Assembly (NCBI RefSeq): GCF_963853765.1
Contig: NC_088855.1
Span: 36,466,205 to 36,530,204 of the forward strand
Length of the DNA stretch: 64,000 bases
Source of the DNA: Magallana gigas
Lineage: Eukaryota
Reading direction: 5' to 3'
Shown here: one piece after another, positions 1-14,051 of the stretch
How positions within the stretch are numbered: position 1 is the first letter of the stretch
Layout of the letters: each line of letters opens with the position of its first letter
Position numbers and translations under genes: made by a program
The notes under the pieces: model-generated
What the model was told of the DNA's origin: nothing
Database searches by the model: none
The model's input: only the letters and a program-made list of their open reading frames with translations

Positions 1-179
1 TCTTTTATTTCAAGTTCACTGGGATATACTCAGTATCGAGTCCACGTAAGTATGGAAATAACAATTGTTAATTGATAATACGTCGTCGATATACCTGAAT
101 GTTAAGTTGAAGGCCACAGTGAGTCATTTATTTTTTTCACGTACAAGTTTTTGAATAAATTCTGCTTCATAAGAATACA

Positions 180-1313
180 AACAATGGGGCACAATTGGTA
201 CCCATGAGAATTCCAACAGATTGTTGGAAGACTTGATTTCAAAAACTACATAGATGTTGTCTATCAGAAACTCAAGCATCTTTTTAATGTAAACTTCAGA
301 GTACTTGTGTGTGCTATCAGGATGGTTTTTAAGAAAATAATTTTTTGGATCTCCAATGACAAGGTAATCATTTTTACGACTTCCATTCTTATTGAAGAAA
401 CAATTGTCGATGATATCAAAAAGCCTAGATTTTAATTTGTCATGTTGACTGTATTAAGCGTGGAAAAATCGTACGTTTTGATGCTATTGATTTTGGTAAG
501 ATTTTGTGACCTCAAAGTTTCTAATAATTCTTTTGAGTTTTTTAATATCCACATCTGATTCACACCACTTCTGGAGTATATTGTTGTGCAGTACTCTTGA
601 AGTTTCTCCTTCACTACTGTAAGAATTTTAGTAAGGAGTAAAGAGAGAGGTTTGGTAGAACATTTACTGGGACCTGCTATATATCTCTGTTTGTAAGGAC
701 TTTTGTGAAGCTTTGGAATCCAGTACAAATAAGGTAAATCAAATTCATTTTGTGTATTGGGGATATTAAAGATATCCATTACAGATTTATGATTGTGAAG
801 TATTTCCTGCTTGGAAAGGCTGCTGTGGGTGTAAGTAGGATTACCATGTGTAGAATCAAAACTTAGTTGTTTGAAAATGCAATTAATATAATGTGCTTTA
901 CAAACAAAGACAATGTTGTTATTTGCCTTATCAGCAGGGACCAGTACATACTGATCGTGCAATCTGACTAGTTCTTTTCTCACTTCTGCTTTATTGAAAA
1001 CAGAAGGATATCTGGTTTTCATGTGACCTCTCAGTCGTTTAATACGAGATTTTAATATACACCTGATGCTTTTAACCCACTCTGACAAAGTATCCAGTTC
1101 TTCTTTTTCAGATTTTGCCCATCGCTTGGCGTAATCTTCAACAGAATTCATGATGTGTATGAAATTATGACGCCATTTGAAGGATCTAGGCCCTAGAACC
1201 ATTAAAGTGTGGACCATGTAAAATGTACTAAGCGTATGGAAGAAACTCCAGAGAGAAAAAGATGGCTGGGAAACAAAAATACTGTAGAAATACGTGCAGT
1301 CAGAAGGAATCAA
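180..1313 (-). mobile_element. Retroelement-derived RT-like ORF remnant (293-aa ORF 432-1313, plus out-of-frame continuation to about 180)
   Basis: Translated minus-strand ORF contains a fingers-type motif 'YLYWIPKLHK...YKQRYIAGPSKCSTKPLSLLLTKIL', typical of retroelement reverse-transcriptase N-terminal regions (PKxHK / R-x-I-x-S-like). There is no cellular-gene context and it is adjacent to an integrase remnant. Exact family not determined. Confidence 0.45.
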
Positions 1314-1440
1314 CTAAAATCTGAAGCTACAACTTGGAATGACTTTCATATACCTGTCAATATGGAACAGATACAAAAAGATGACCCGGATCTGAAAATT
1401 CTTCAAGAAACTTAAAGAGAACAGAAGACACCTGATTTTC

Positions 1441-2670
1441 ATCAAATACAGACTTTGTCCTGCTACTAGGCATTAATTTTGTATATGGGATTCTATTGTA
1501 CTAGAAGATGGTATATTAAAAAAGAGAAACTTATTGAAAGATGGTTCTTTGGAAAGTCTTCAAATACTTTTACCAAGAGTTTTAAAAGATGATGTTTTAC
1601 ATCAAATGCATGATTCTGTCATTTCTGGTCACCTCGGTTATAAGAAAACCACTGCAAAAGTACGCAGAAAATCTATTGGTTTGAAATGAGACAAGATATT
1701 AAAATAAGGGTCTTTAAATGCCATATTTGTCAAATGAATAAGCCACCCAAGGCACCGTTGGGAGATATGAGAGTGAGTGCCCCATTAGATAGAGTAGCCA
1801 CAGATATTTTTGGACCATTACAAAGAACACCTCGTGGAAATAAATACATACTTGTAGTTATGGACTACTTTACCAAATGGGTTGAAATTTTAGCAGTGCC
1901 TTACCAAACTGCCATTACATGTGCAGATAAAATTTTAAATGAGTATATTGCTCGTTTCGGATGTCCCTTGAATTTACATAACGACCAAGGCAGAAATTTT
2001 GAGAGTTTAAAGAACTGTGTCAACTTTTAGAAATTAAAAAGACAAGAACAACCCCTAGGAATCCCAAAGCCAATGGGATGGTAGAAAGATTTAACAGAAC
2101 TCTAGTAAGCATGATTAAATCCTATATCAAAGGGAAACAGACCGAATGGGACCTCAATTTAGGATGCTTAGATATGGCCTATAGATGTACGCTGCATGAG
2201 TCTATAAATTTTCCCCCAAATTTTATAATGTTAAAAATAGTATTAAAACTACCTCTAGAAATTTTATTTTGTCCAAATGAAAATGATACCTTTTTTTTAC
2301 GGAGAGTATATCAGCAATTTACGTGATAATTTGTGTGAAGCCCATCTAATTGTCAAAAAAACTACAAACGTCAGCAAAAGTACAGAAAGATAGATATGAT
2401 ACAAAAATGCCCTTAAACCTGTATAGTCCCGGAGATCTTGTAATGATGTTACATAATCAGCCCCAACTTGACGTGGAAAGCACGAAACTACTGTTGAAAT
2501 ATCATGGACCTTTTCTTATCCTACAAAAGTTGAATGATTTATTATGTAGAGTTCAAATAGATGAAATGGGAACACAGAGAATCATTCATCATGACAAAAT
2601 TAAGCCATATCAAGGAGATAAATTGGCATGGATGAAGACTGCTTTGAAGAAATTCCAGAAGTTTACTTAA
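1441..2670 (+). pseudogene. Ty3/gypsy-type integrase remnant: HHCC zinc-binding region, rve catalytic core and C-terminal domain, broken by stops and frameshifts
   Basis: Frame-shifted ORFs read as follows. '...HQMHDSVISGHLGYKKT' (1441-1680) is the HHCC region. 'HICQMNKPPKAPLGDM...ATDIFGPL...NKYILVVMDYFTKWVEILAV...' (1686-2030) is the rve core. 'MVERFNRTLVSMI' (2078-2326) is the GxxERFNRTL integrase motif. 'HGPFLILQKLNDLLCRVQID' (2350-2670) is the C-terminal tail. Three consecutive ORFs in different frames indicate a pseudogene. Confidence 0.75.
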
Positions 2671-3570
2671 ACTTTAATATTACAGTCAAAATAGTATGTA
2701 CATGATGTATAACATTCTATGAATTATATACATATATATGTACAATGATATATTGGTACATAAAGCAGACTACAACTATGGGTGCATAAGAAACATTGGG
2801 GATGGATTTATGATATTTATATTTAAGTATCTTATACTTACCTTTATTATCTGTAAAATTCACAGAAAACCATCGATATTTCCAAGGCAGAGAAGAAAGG
2901 AAGATTATTTCAATGCAGTATTTGCGACTATGAACAGATCAAGAAATATGCCATAAAATATATCTAAAAACACATGTGACAAGAGACCAGGTTCCATTTT
3001 CATGCAGTAAATGCGATTACTAGTATGTTTCACTTACCCTAAAAGATGTCGAAAACCACGGGAAATGGTATGGGCCGCATAAGAACACGGATTTGCCAGT
3101 GGATATCATCAGAGCAGCTAACCCATTTGTATGAAAGGACTATCACCTTAGACGTTCGGATCAGCCTTCATCAATAGTCTATTGGGTGAACCAACAGAAG
3201 AAAAATGATGAAAAGAGTATCCAGAACTTATTAGAAGAGGCTGCCAGTCTTCCAAATACAGTGAACATGGAGCCAACAGAGAACACCAGCATTGTGGCGG
3301 CCGAACCTCTTAGTGAAGTAGCACCATTTGAGATACCAGATTTTCTGGGAGATGGAGAGAGTGTGGAGATAGATAGGCCAGAGAAAGAAGAATATCAATG
3401 ACAGCGTTAGAACAGATAAAAGAGAAAGAGGGAGAGAGACAGGTGCGTGCTCTGCAAGAGCAGACCAATGCAATACAAGAGTTGAATAGGACACTCACAG
3501 GCTATTTTTACAACAGTGGACCACAGCGCGGGTTACTTCCTTTGCCCGAAGGGCCTCCAACTCCAGTTGT

Positions 3571-3626
3571 ACGCAGAAACCAGAGAAGATCTCCACGTAC
3601 GCAGAAACCAGAGAAGATCTCCACGA
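3571..3626. repeat. 28-bp tandem duplication (2 copies): gtacgcagaaaccagagaagatctccac
   Basis: Direct reading shows two perfect adjacent copies. They lie in a proline/arginine-rich low-complexity ORF region (3186-3803). Confidence 0.8.
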
Positions 3627-6600
3627 AGGCCACCTAACCATTTCTATCGCCCACGAGTTGTCGTACGACCTCACAGGCCAGTGCCCCCCCCCCCCCCCGG
3701 AGTAGGAACATTCAAAGGGATGAGAGATGGAAAAGATCCAGAACCTTATTCACAAGAGAAAGAAGCCGGTCCAGGTCCTCATCCCCCCCTTCAAAAAAGA
3801 TGAAGTCAGTTGTCAAGAAGAGTACTTGCTATGTATTTAGAAATTTAAGGGTAAAGTATAGGTTGCAGTTTGGGATGGGGGTTGGATTTTAACATGTATG
3901 TATATACTAAATCTAAAGATGGACTTTTGATAGTACAGTGTATTATTGTTTATGCTCATATATACTGTATCATGTTCTTGTGTCATATCCAATTTACTTG
4001 CCAGTTTCTGTTGTCCCTGAAATGAGAACTAGATGTATTTTGTTAGCTGACATTGTGAGCTAGATTTTTCTGTACAGTACTACAGTATTATGTCTATCAC
4101 TATCATATTAGATAGAAATGTTTGAAGATACCTGAATATGACACATCTATAGTAATTGAGTTTAATTGATTTGTTTATATTGGTTTATAAGTGAATGATA
4201 GGTTTACTATTTTGTCCTAGAAAATTAGATATTCTTATGTCGGTAGTACAATGACGATTGGCTCCGCAATTTTAGGTGTTAGCAATGACGATTGATCACC
4301 GAAGGTTCTTTGCTTACTGTATATATTTTTTCTTTAGCATAATATAGAACCTCTTTACAGACATGAAGTTTCTTTTGTTAGCATGGTTATGAATATTTGT
4401 TATCATGGGTATGGCTTTTGTTGCTGTGGTACAGAATTTTTGAGCATTTTAATTGATGTAAATCAGTACAAGCATCATCATTTTATTGTCCTTGTATTGT
4501 TTCTTATTTTGAGAAGTTGTGATGGTACATGTGAGATGTTACATCTTTTTCTATAAATGGGGTTTTTATATTTAGTTGCATGAAAGTTGTGTGTATGATA
4601 TTTTTATCTTATGGTTATGTGTAATATTTCTGTGTGGGTGTAAAAACTGTTTAAGATGATGTCCTTGTCTATGTTTATGTGTATTCTTATAGAATTTCTA
4701 GATTGACATTGTTTTTAAAACATAAACTTTTCTTTGAAATTTTAAGATTAATATTCGTATCAAAATTGTATACCTGAGATTTACGGTTCCTTGGCATTTT
4801 TCTTAAACAAGTCACACCTGTAAATTTAATACTGCACGACTTGTTGTTTTGTTTAAGAAGTCTCAAGTTACATATAACTATGACTTGTCACCTATTAATA
4901 TGCGTCATTGATTAAAATAATATTTTTCGGGTTGGGATTTTTATTCAAAATTCGTAGTCTGTTTTATAGGATATATTTTTATGTATTCAGCGACTCCATT
5001 AATTATTTTTTTCATTATTCGTTATTTATTCATGTGTGTATGATTGTTATAATATATATATGATATAAATTGTTTTTTGTTGAAATCGTTAATAAACTTG
5101 TTCGTTTAACTTTACCAAAGTCGTAGATCTTATTCTTCGAATGGTTGAGTTATTTGGTCGTTATTTAACCATATTACAAATACACCAGGTACTGCTACGT
5201 TACACCTAGTAAACATAATTTATAAATCTATTTTTGTGTTTACTCCCATAGTAGCTCTCTCTATTACAAGAATTATTCCCCTTTAATACGCCACTTTTTT
5301 ATAAACGACTTGGGGCTCATTTAGCTATCTCACACCATTCACGAGACCCTTTATGATATTGTGTAATCAAGTTTGTTAACTAAATTAAATTGTTATGGAG
5401 ACTTATTGTGATGACATAAATAAACTGCTACAAGGTACATATCTGAAGCATTGACAGTATAAAGAGGACAATGAGGCCAATGGTGTCAGACGTTAAATAT
5501 CACAGTCAAAAGTGGTATCCAGGATATGAACCCGAGTTGAGAGGCTTTTGTAAGTGGTGAAAAAACATTTATACATGAATCATGTAAATATGTTTTAGAT
5601 TTAATATTCGAAATGCGGATGATTCTGATACTGAAGTGGTCATAAATCAACATGATCAGGGATCTAGAAGATGCCTTACTAAACGTGATGAACTAGGACA
5701 GGGCGATATATATATATAGTCAAAAATGAGAATCAGGAACCATATATGTTGAGATCTCATGAGGACTGTAGACCTTTGATACATTCAATGTCTATGAAGA
5801 ATTATAAGGAGAATGCTGGATTGCGAGTAAAGCCAGAGACATAAAGTGAATCCTAGGACTGGGAGAAGTACATAGGTCATTTCACTCTGTGTTCCGATTT
5901 AGGGATATATCGTAGTAAGAACAAAATATCTGTGAGCCAATGCTCACACATACCTCCGCCCTGATGTGAATATACAAAATAAGCAAAGTCGACATTTAAC
6001 AGGAACGTCCGATTAGTACAAAAATAGATCTCAACGTATGCCATGCCATAACAGAGATTGTATTTAAGGGGGATGTGTACACCAAATAAGTGTGGGAGAT
6101 TTTTGTTGCATGCATTTGTTACTAATAATAGGCACAGTATTCAACAATAATATACCTCAAAGTACAATACTCTTTTTTTATAGAATTTTTAAAATATCAG
6201 TCTGCTTCCAGATAACTCCTTATAAGTCAAATTTTAATACATTTCTGTTTTAAAAACTCTTATGAAAGTGAAATGTTATGTTTGAAAATTAAAAAAAAGT
6301 AAATCATGAATGAAGTTTGTATGATTTTTATTGGAATCCACATAAATATGAAACTAAAATATTTAAAAATTCTTTTACGGCAAACTGCTGGATGAAATCC
6401 CACAAAAATCTGAAAAAAGAAACAATATTCGTTGGTTAATGAGATGAAAAAACAGAAATTGAATGAAATTGAAAAATTAATGCAATATGAGCTGCATCTT
6501 TCATGTTGAATTTTTTTACGAAAATGTTCTTTTCTACTAAAATGACAAAAATATGGTTTTTAAATTTCTGTTAACCATATTTTTGTGAAAAATGCCATTA

Positions 6601-9600
6601 AGAAGCCTTATTCGGAGCAAAATTGAATTATTGTCGTCATGTACAAAAATCTTATTTATCATAAAAGTTTAAGTTATATGCAGACTTATCATAATAGCAG
6701 GTTTTTGCAGCAAAAAAAATTCTAAAATATACAGCTCGTATTGCTTTAAAACAAATAACTTGGGACCAATTTTCAAATTTAAAAAAATCACGAAGAAAAA
6801 TTTAAAAAAGGTACAAGTATATGCTAGAATGTAGGAATAAGGTTAGTAGTGCTTATGATAATGTTTGAATCTGAAAAATTATATTTTTGATGAATGCATT
6901 ATATTTATATTTAACTCTTTAAAACAAAATTACAAAAACAAAAGTTACATTGCCTTTTACTTTTTTTTAAATATACAATACAAATTATAAACAACCATAT
7001 GCATATTTAAACATACATTAGATGTCCATAGTGATACACATGTACATGTGGTAATTAAAAACATGTTCTTTTTCAAGATTCTGTTGTTCCTTCTACTCTA
7101 AGTCTTATACTGCAAATGTTTTAAATTTGGGAAGTTGGGATCAATACAAGAGATGATACTATGGAACTTTAGTTTTATATTAATCATGCATATATGGTTC
7201 AAGTGAAAATATTATATCTGCTCACCTTTATCGATAATCCGTCACATATTTATGATCGTCTGTTGCAGATAACATGACAAATATGTCTTGCCAATAGCAG
7301 GGAAACAGTATATTATTTCGATTTTACGTTTTCTGTACATTACAGCTGATAATCAATGTTACGGTAGTTGAAAGCTTTAATCACGGAGGGAACCGACATA
7401 TTTTCTAAGCGTTTTGGTGATTTCATTCTTAACTCATCTCCCTCGTTAGAAGAGTTCAATTGTGTAAATATTTCAAGCATCTGCAATGAACAGTTGTTGA
7501 GAAATCTTTGACGACAATTTGTTTGAAAATTAAGGCTGCAAATAAATAAGCCGTCATTTAACATATTTTCAATAAATCTTTACATAAGCAAAATGATATT
7601 CGCACTGTTCAGTTATATGTTTGTGTAATATTTACTATGAATATAATTATATCACTTTTTTTATTAACTTGATTTTGTTAAGATATAAATGTATATGTAA
7701 CATCATTTTTAGATACAGAATTTCCGATCCACGGGGACCCTGGCAGCCCAGGTGTGGTATATAATGAGGGTATCTGCGGAAATGTTGCCTCAAACAAATG
7801 TTGTATGCAATTTCAAATAAAACCAAAAAAGTCGTTATTAAACAGGACGTTGACGTCCGATTGGTACAAAAATAAATTCCAACGCATGGCATGCCATTAC
7901 AAAGAGTATTTAAAAATTTCAAGTACCTACAATGAAAAGTTGCAGAGAAAAATAAGACAGAAATTTTTGATATAGCCAGACAGACAGAAGGACATAACAT
8001 TGATTACATAAAAGTGGAGATGAAAGTCGGAAAAAGTTTGCTTCCCTGTTGGATGAAAGATGAAGCTGAAACTGTGTTTGCAGTCCATGCAACAGAAATG
8101 TACTTCCTCTGACTGGGAAACTTGTTCCAGTGTTTATACCCAATTTAGATCATCGAAGCCCTATAAGACTGATTGACAGAAACATGACTTCGAAACCTGG
8201 CCCCGGGGCCACGAACGTTGAGTTTTACACAACTCAAATCGGAGTAGAGTAAAAGTTATTCTAAGCGGTCATGCATAAAAAGATAAATATATAACTGGAT
8301 AATAGAATCATTTTATATCTTATTTGCTTTCATTTTTTGTTTCAGTGTATGAAATATATCGATTGTGACCCCATTTTTATGTTTTGATGACTTTAAAAAT
8401 CTTCTGTATGAGACGCCTGTATAGACTCTTTTAGGGTAATATGCACGCATGTGCATAACCCCTAAGGGATGCATATGGCTAAAGAGAAATACACGTAAAT
8501 TTTGCCATTTAACGTCAACTTTACCGAAGTTTATCTCTATGTTATTAATAAAATGAATAAACTAAAAAAAAAATCTTTTTCTTCCAGTTTTACATATAAA
8601 ATTACTTAACGCAATTTCCGGATAAGCATTGGTTACAACATTGTTTAAAATAATAAAGATGACCACCCGGGAAAGTTTAATCAAGTTTTAAAAAAAGTAC
8701 TCTATTTAGCGGCTAGCAGAGGATTTGGGTGTAGCGTTTCAAAAGAAGAGATCATCAATTTGATGTTAAACTTGAACGCACCTTTATATTTCGAGTCCTC
8801 TAGATACTCCTAATTTCAGCAAAGTTGAGTACATTCCATTGTATGCGACAATATTACCAGATCTACCTTTCTCGGCGATTGTCCGTTTCATGGTCGATCG
8901 TCAGATACAAGGCTGACATCAAGAATATTGAGAAAGATAAAAGAGAAGTTTGTTACGAATGAACCAAAGAGAAACATCATGAGTTGACAGAATAAGACAA
9001 CGTACCAACAAGGGAACAAGATGGTGACAACGCTGATGTAAGGTAAATCAATAAGGGACTTCAGCAAGGCCAAAAAACCCCATCCAGGACCAGTTCATCG
9101 ATTACAGGTTTTTTTTCCTTAGTGCCTAACACCAATATCCAACACTATGCCAGAAGCCTAGCGGTCACTGAGGAATACCCTGAGAATTTCAACCCAGGTA
9201 CATATCGTTTTGATAATCCCAGTAGCGGAGACCTTCATTATACCGTGTGTGACCAGAATAAAGAGCAACTAAACTATTGTCCACAGGAATTATGCCTCTT
9301 TTTCCACCAGCTATACAGGAGTATACATGGCATCCAAACTACAACCATCTTGGATTGACCTGTCATTTTGCAGTGACCTCCAGCAAACTGAAAACCTTTC
9401 TATATAGAACTCTATAGAACAGAACCTGCATGTCTGGGAGATGGCAGCCATTAATGTTACATCGAGAGATGTATTGGACTTTTTCCTAGACAGAAATTAC
9501 TTGTTGTTGCGCTTCAACTTCCTTTCTCTTCCTGGATCCTAATATAATTGAAGTATTGATGATACTAGAACTGTATACATGGAAATGACGTCTTTTTAAA

Positions 9601-11799
9601 AAACTATAGTTATCTTTTTATTTTGTTTTAACTAGCATTGATGTAACATACATTATCTAATTCACTCCTCTTTAACGTTGGTGTGATATAAACGCACAAC
9701 TTAAAACAAAGCCCAAAACAAATTAGAAAAAAATTATAATGCAAGAAAATCGAGGAAAATTCTCCGTCCGAAAACACCCAGAGGTCTGTTTGAGTTTTAC
9801 AATGACGTCATGAGCATGACTACGTCAACCATTGACATCACTGTTGTAAATCCCTGCTGAAAACGATTGTAAATCATCATGATTGTCACAATGCACCTGG
9901 TCTATTTGTCTGTCCAGTGGACTAGCAGATCGGTATCATCCAAAATCCAAGTAAAGTAAACCAACTATGCGGACATATTGTTTTCCTTCAATTTTTAAGT
10001 GTATAGTATGTAATGTAGCAATGCGAAAGGTAATAACATTGCGAAATATAATAACTTATATTATTACAATTTATTTATGTTATTACATTTTGCGTCGGGA
10101 TCAACGCTACAAACACAAACAACACCTCCAACACTTACTGCGGCATTTCCCGGGGGTTCTTGCTGTAAAAAAGAAAGCAGATCAAACGAAAAGATTAAGA
10201 ACCACCAACATTACTGAATATGTTCCAGACGCTTCGTCGATGGGAAGCCTACCCAAGAAAACCCATACCGTACATTGTTTGCCTACAAGACTCGGAAGCA
10301 CGGGATCTAAAGACAAACGAAATAGTTGTAATTACGAACATTCATGTACATGTATCTTCACATTGCAATCTGATGATAATGAACTTCATGCAAATAAACT
10401 TTGTAAATATCGGTATCGCAAACTCGCACAACTTTACCACACCAAAGAACTATATATGATATTAGTCAAATTTGGCCCCCAAAATCCGCTATTTTTAAAA
10501 TGATTTAGGTACATTAATTTGTTGTGTTATTTTATAAAAGAGTTGACATGAAATATGTTTTTCACCTATTTATTTGATTTATATGCACCCACTGGTAGTA
10601 TATGACGTCAGAAGTGACGCTATTTTTATAATTCAATCAAAATCAACCAAAAATTGACATTGTTCTGATCTTTTTCGAATGTGAAATATAGAGCAACTCT
10701 TTGAACAAGAACGAACTTTTTGTCACTTAAAAGTATTGGAAAGATACATCTTTGGTGAAAATATTTTGTTTGTTCAAGTAGTCGCTCAATGTTTCCTTAA
10801 AGAAAAACTGCCCCAAAACATGCCGTTTAATGCTAAAAATGAGAAAATGGCGGGGAAAGGTAAACTTTATGATGTCATATTTTAAAATTGTGGGCACTAA
10901 ATTCAAAATTAAAATTATGAAAAAACTTCAAATGTATATGTGTACAAATATAACAAAGAATTTCAGTAAAATGACAACGTTCGTTTTAGGGGGCCATTTT
11001 AGGATCAAACCATATATAGTCCTTTCCGACTGAATGAACATAATACACCTATCTTTAAAAGGAAACACTTGAGGTCTGCCACTTAGAAAAAAAAATTGCC
11101 TGATTCGCCTCCATCATTTTCAAAATTATTGCTATGATTGCCTTTAAAAACAATACAGAACTTTTTAGGTACGACGGTTTACGGTCGACTGTTAGATACT
11201 GCGGTCAAGTGATTTGCGGAAACGTAGGGCATATTGTTTACATCGCAACAAAAATGGGATTTCGATACGTCTAACAGACGAAACGATGCGTAGCCTATAA
11301 AGAGGAAGAGCGCTGACAATCCCAGTCATTACTGGTGTTCTGTGCCAGGTTGTACATCGGATGGAAGAAACAAGACCAATTCAGACGTTATCCGTGGATG
11401 CAAGTTATCCAGTTTCTTCCGTATCCAGGATCAGAGCGTAAACCTAAATTACGGCGTCAATGACTCTTTTAATCAAAATTGCATTATTTTCAATGATTAA
11501 TTATTTCTTATTAATTACTAAATATGAACAAGCAAGGGAAGATTACTCCATTATGGACAAGTAAGGAAATACCGGTGTATCTTCACTAGCTTTTACACCC
11601 CCTCCGAATGCTTTCACAATATCTTAATTTTAATAGACAGCTTAACTCTTTTCTATAGATGTGAATTACTAGTTCCTTAATAGCTTTCGTTGAAATTCCA
11701 GAGCAGAACAAAATAATAAGACTATACATGCCACACCCCCGCCACAACCCTTGGTGTCATGAAATTTTAATTAAAGATGACAGTTTAATGGGTTTTATT

Positions 11800-12260
11800 C
11801 TAAATTCTTTGCAAGTTTCTATTCTGTGACAGAAGACGTAAAGAAAATTTTTAAACATTATATAGGCTACAGTAGAACTATATGACCATTTTGGTTTAAC
11901 GCTGCAGAAAGAATCCCTACCCTATACACAGAATGACTGTTTTAGTCCCGCCCAAGATTCAAAACTCCTACCTTGTGGGACATAATTTTTTTTTATAATA
12001 TGCAGTCATTTTTTTCAGCATCAGAGATGTAAAGATTTTCAAATATTAAATCCATTATCACTACATGACTGCTAAGCGAGTCCAATCCCCTTCCCCGTGG
12101 GACAATTATGTCACATATAGAAGGTTTCCCGGTCTACATAATTAGGAATTCAGTTTTCCTATAGATTACCATTTTGGCCCCGCCCTAGAGTCATAACCCT
12201 TAATCTGGGGTACATGAAATATACAATTTTGGTAGAAGGCTTCCTGGTCTACATAAATAA
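11800..12260. repeat. Tandem array of a roughly 170-bp repeat family (degenerate copies)
   Basis: Repeated blocks '...ttttggccccgccctag...aaaaccct...gggacat...atacaattttggtagaaggcttcctggtctacataa' and '...tttttaaacattatata...'. The same family recurs at 13430-13731. Confidence 0.55.
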
Positions 12261-12959
12261 TTACGTTAAGGATACGTTAACCATGTATCTGACACATACC
12301 TCTGATCGGACAACTTTGGTTGAAAATATACAACGAATCGTGCATGCGCTCACGTGTTGTTTCGTAAATCCCTGAATTAGAAATAATGAACTTTATCATT
12401 CATTCATTATTGATATCTTTGAATTAGAACTAATGAACGTTATCATTATAGAAATCTTTGAATTAGAGCTAATGATCTTTTTATTATGATTAAGACTTTA
12501 ACAGTCAAATTGGCAAAAATATAAGCAATATAAGCGTCGTAAAATGACGTCAAATACGCCATTTTTTGAAAATTTAGTTACAAAGGTTTCACAAAAAAGC
12601 AGTATTTGGATGTTGTGCAATTGATTGTGAATTAGTGAAAATGCGCCCCCTGCCTAAAATAGAGAGAAGTTTTGAAACGAAATTCGATTACAAGAGGTCT
12701 AAGAAATTGAACAATTAATGATCAGGTCATTTAAGCTCAATTTCATTTCACCATGGATCCGACTCGCATTAACCACGCTTCGGACAGTTTTCAATGCATG
12801 ATTTTTTTAAATAATTAAATAAATTATGTACCCTTTCCTTGTGATATACTTTAAATGTATAGTAAAATAAAATAAAAAATAATTGATATAAACATTTTCC
12901 TAAGAGCACTTTTGATTCGAGTTTCATGGATACTGCCTTTTTAATCCAAAGTTCCTGTA

Positions 12960-13150
12960 GGTGGTGGCACGATAAAGAATTCCTCATGATAAATACTTTA
13001 AAAAGAAGCACTAGTACAAATTCCTGACTGTTGATTCAAGGATTTAAATAAAAATTTGGTAGCACGATAAAGAACTCCTCATGATAAATATTCCTTTAAA
13101 AAGAAGCACTAGTCTAAATTCCTGACTGTTGATTCAAGGATTTAAATAAA
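12960..13150. repeat. Tandem duplication, 2 copies of about 98 bp (ggtggcacgataaagaattcctcatgataaata...ttgattcaaggatttaaataaaaa)
   Basis: Two adjacent near-identical copies read directly (12960-13050 and 13059-13150). Confidence 0.8.
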
Positions 13151-13429
13151 AACAATTCTAGTTAGCTGTTGAAAGAATTATTTTTTTTTCTAAATTTAAT
13201 ATCTCCTGTTTAGTTGTCCGATGCTTGAAAAATATTGTCTGATTCATGGTAAAGTAGTCAAACACTTCATTAATTTGCTTTATTTTCTATTTTTTTTAAA
13301 CAATTTTGTCTCCAATAAGTAAGCAAGGGGAAACATATCACTTTTAAAGTAAGTTCTATTTATATCATTCTGGACTAAATTGATGAGGGATCCTAGAGAA
13401 AAATCCAAGGGTGTCCGATGTATGGTGAT

Positions 13430-13731
13430 CTCACAAGTGAGAGTTATAGTATTTCTTACAGATGTAGGGGAGTAGATAAAACGATTTTTAAATATTGTAT
13501 GCATTATCACTATGGGACCTATTTTGGCCCCGCCCTAAATTTAAAACCCTCACTACGGTAGACATGAAATATACAATTTTGGTAGAAGGCTTCCTGGTAA
13601 AATAATTATGAGTTTAATTTTTCTTACAGATATATGGGAGTAGAGAAGATTTTTAAACATTATATGCATTAACACTAACATTCCCAGGGGATATGAAATT
13701 TACAATTTTGGTAGACGTTATTATAATTTCA
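13430..13731. repeat. Second tandem block of the roughly 170-bp repeat family
   Basis: Two units 'ttcttacagat(g/a)ta(g/t)gggagtaga...tttttaaa(t/c)attat(a)tgcatta...atgaaat(a/t)tacaattttggtaga...'. Homologous to 11800-12260. Abuts the left LTR-like repeat. Confidence 0.6.
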
Positions 13732-13978
13732 ATTTTTCTATGAACTATGGATTAATTCAATAACGTAAATAAAAACTTTAATTATAATTTAAATATATAG
13801 AATTTTATTTATTTAAAACATGAACTATTAAAAGCAGAATTATCAATAAATATTTAACATTACTTCTAATTGCTATGACCTAGTCATTCCTATCAATAAA
13901 TACCTGTAACATTCGTTACTCAAAGCTTCTCTGTTCATAAAATATCCTTCCTGACCCCTTGAAGGCTAATTCGATTCT
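13732..13978. repeat. LTR-like direct repeat, copy A (intact, 247 bp), flanking a gag-only internal region
   Basis: Shares about 95% identity with 15436-15528 plus 16335-16482 (copy B without its insertion). Begins TGAACTATGG, so ends ...CCATAGTTCA on the minus strand. Termini are non-canonical at the other end and no target-site duplication is evident. Confidence 0.6.
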
Positions 13979-14051
13979 GTGATTGAATCCGTTAACTCCT
14001 GTCCAAATTTCACTAAACTGTCCTCTATGACGAACTTTTTCCCCGTATTTC

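Noticed and set aside
3186-3803. Proline/arginine-rich ORFs downstream of the integrase remnant (possible env/gag or nucleocapsid remnant)
   Set aside because: Only low-complexity sequence plus a 28-bp tandem duplication. No CCHC zinc knuckle or other recognisable motif.
9967-10503. 178-aa plus-strand ORF
   Set aside because: Low-complexity composition. No splice signals and no conserved motif. An ORF of this length is expected by chance in an AT-rich region because of reduced stop-codon spacing variance.
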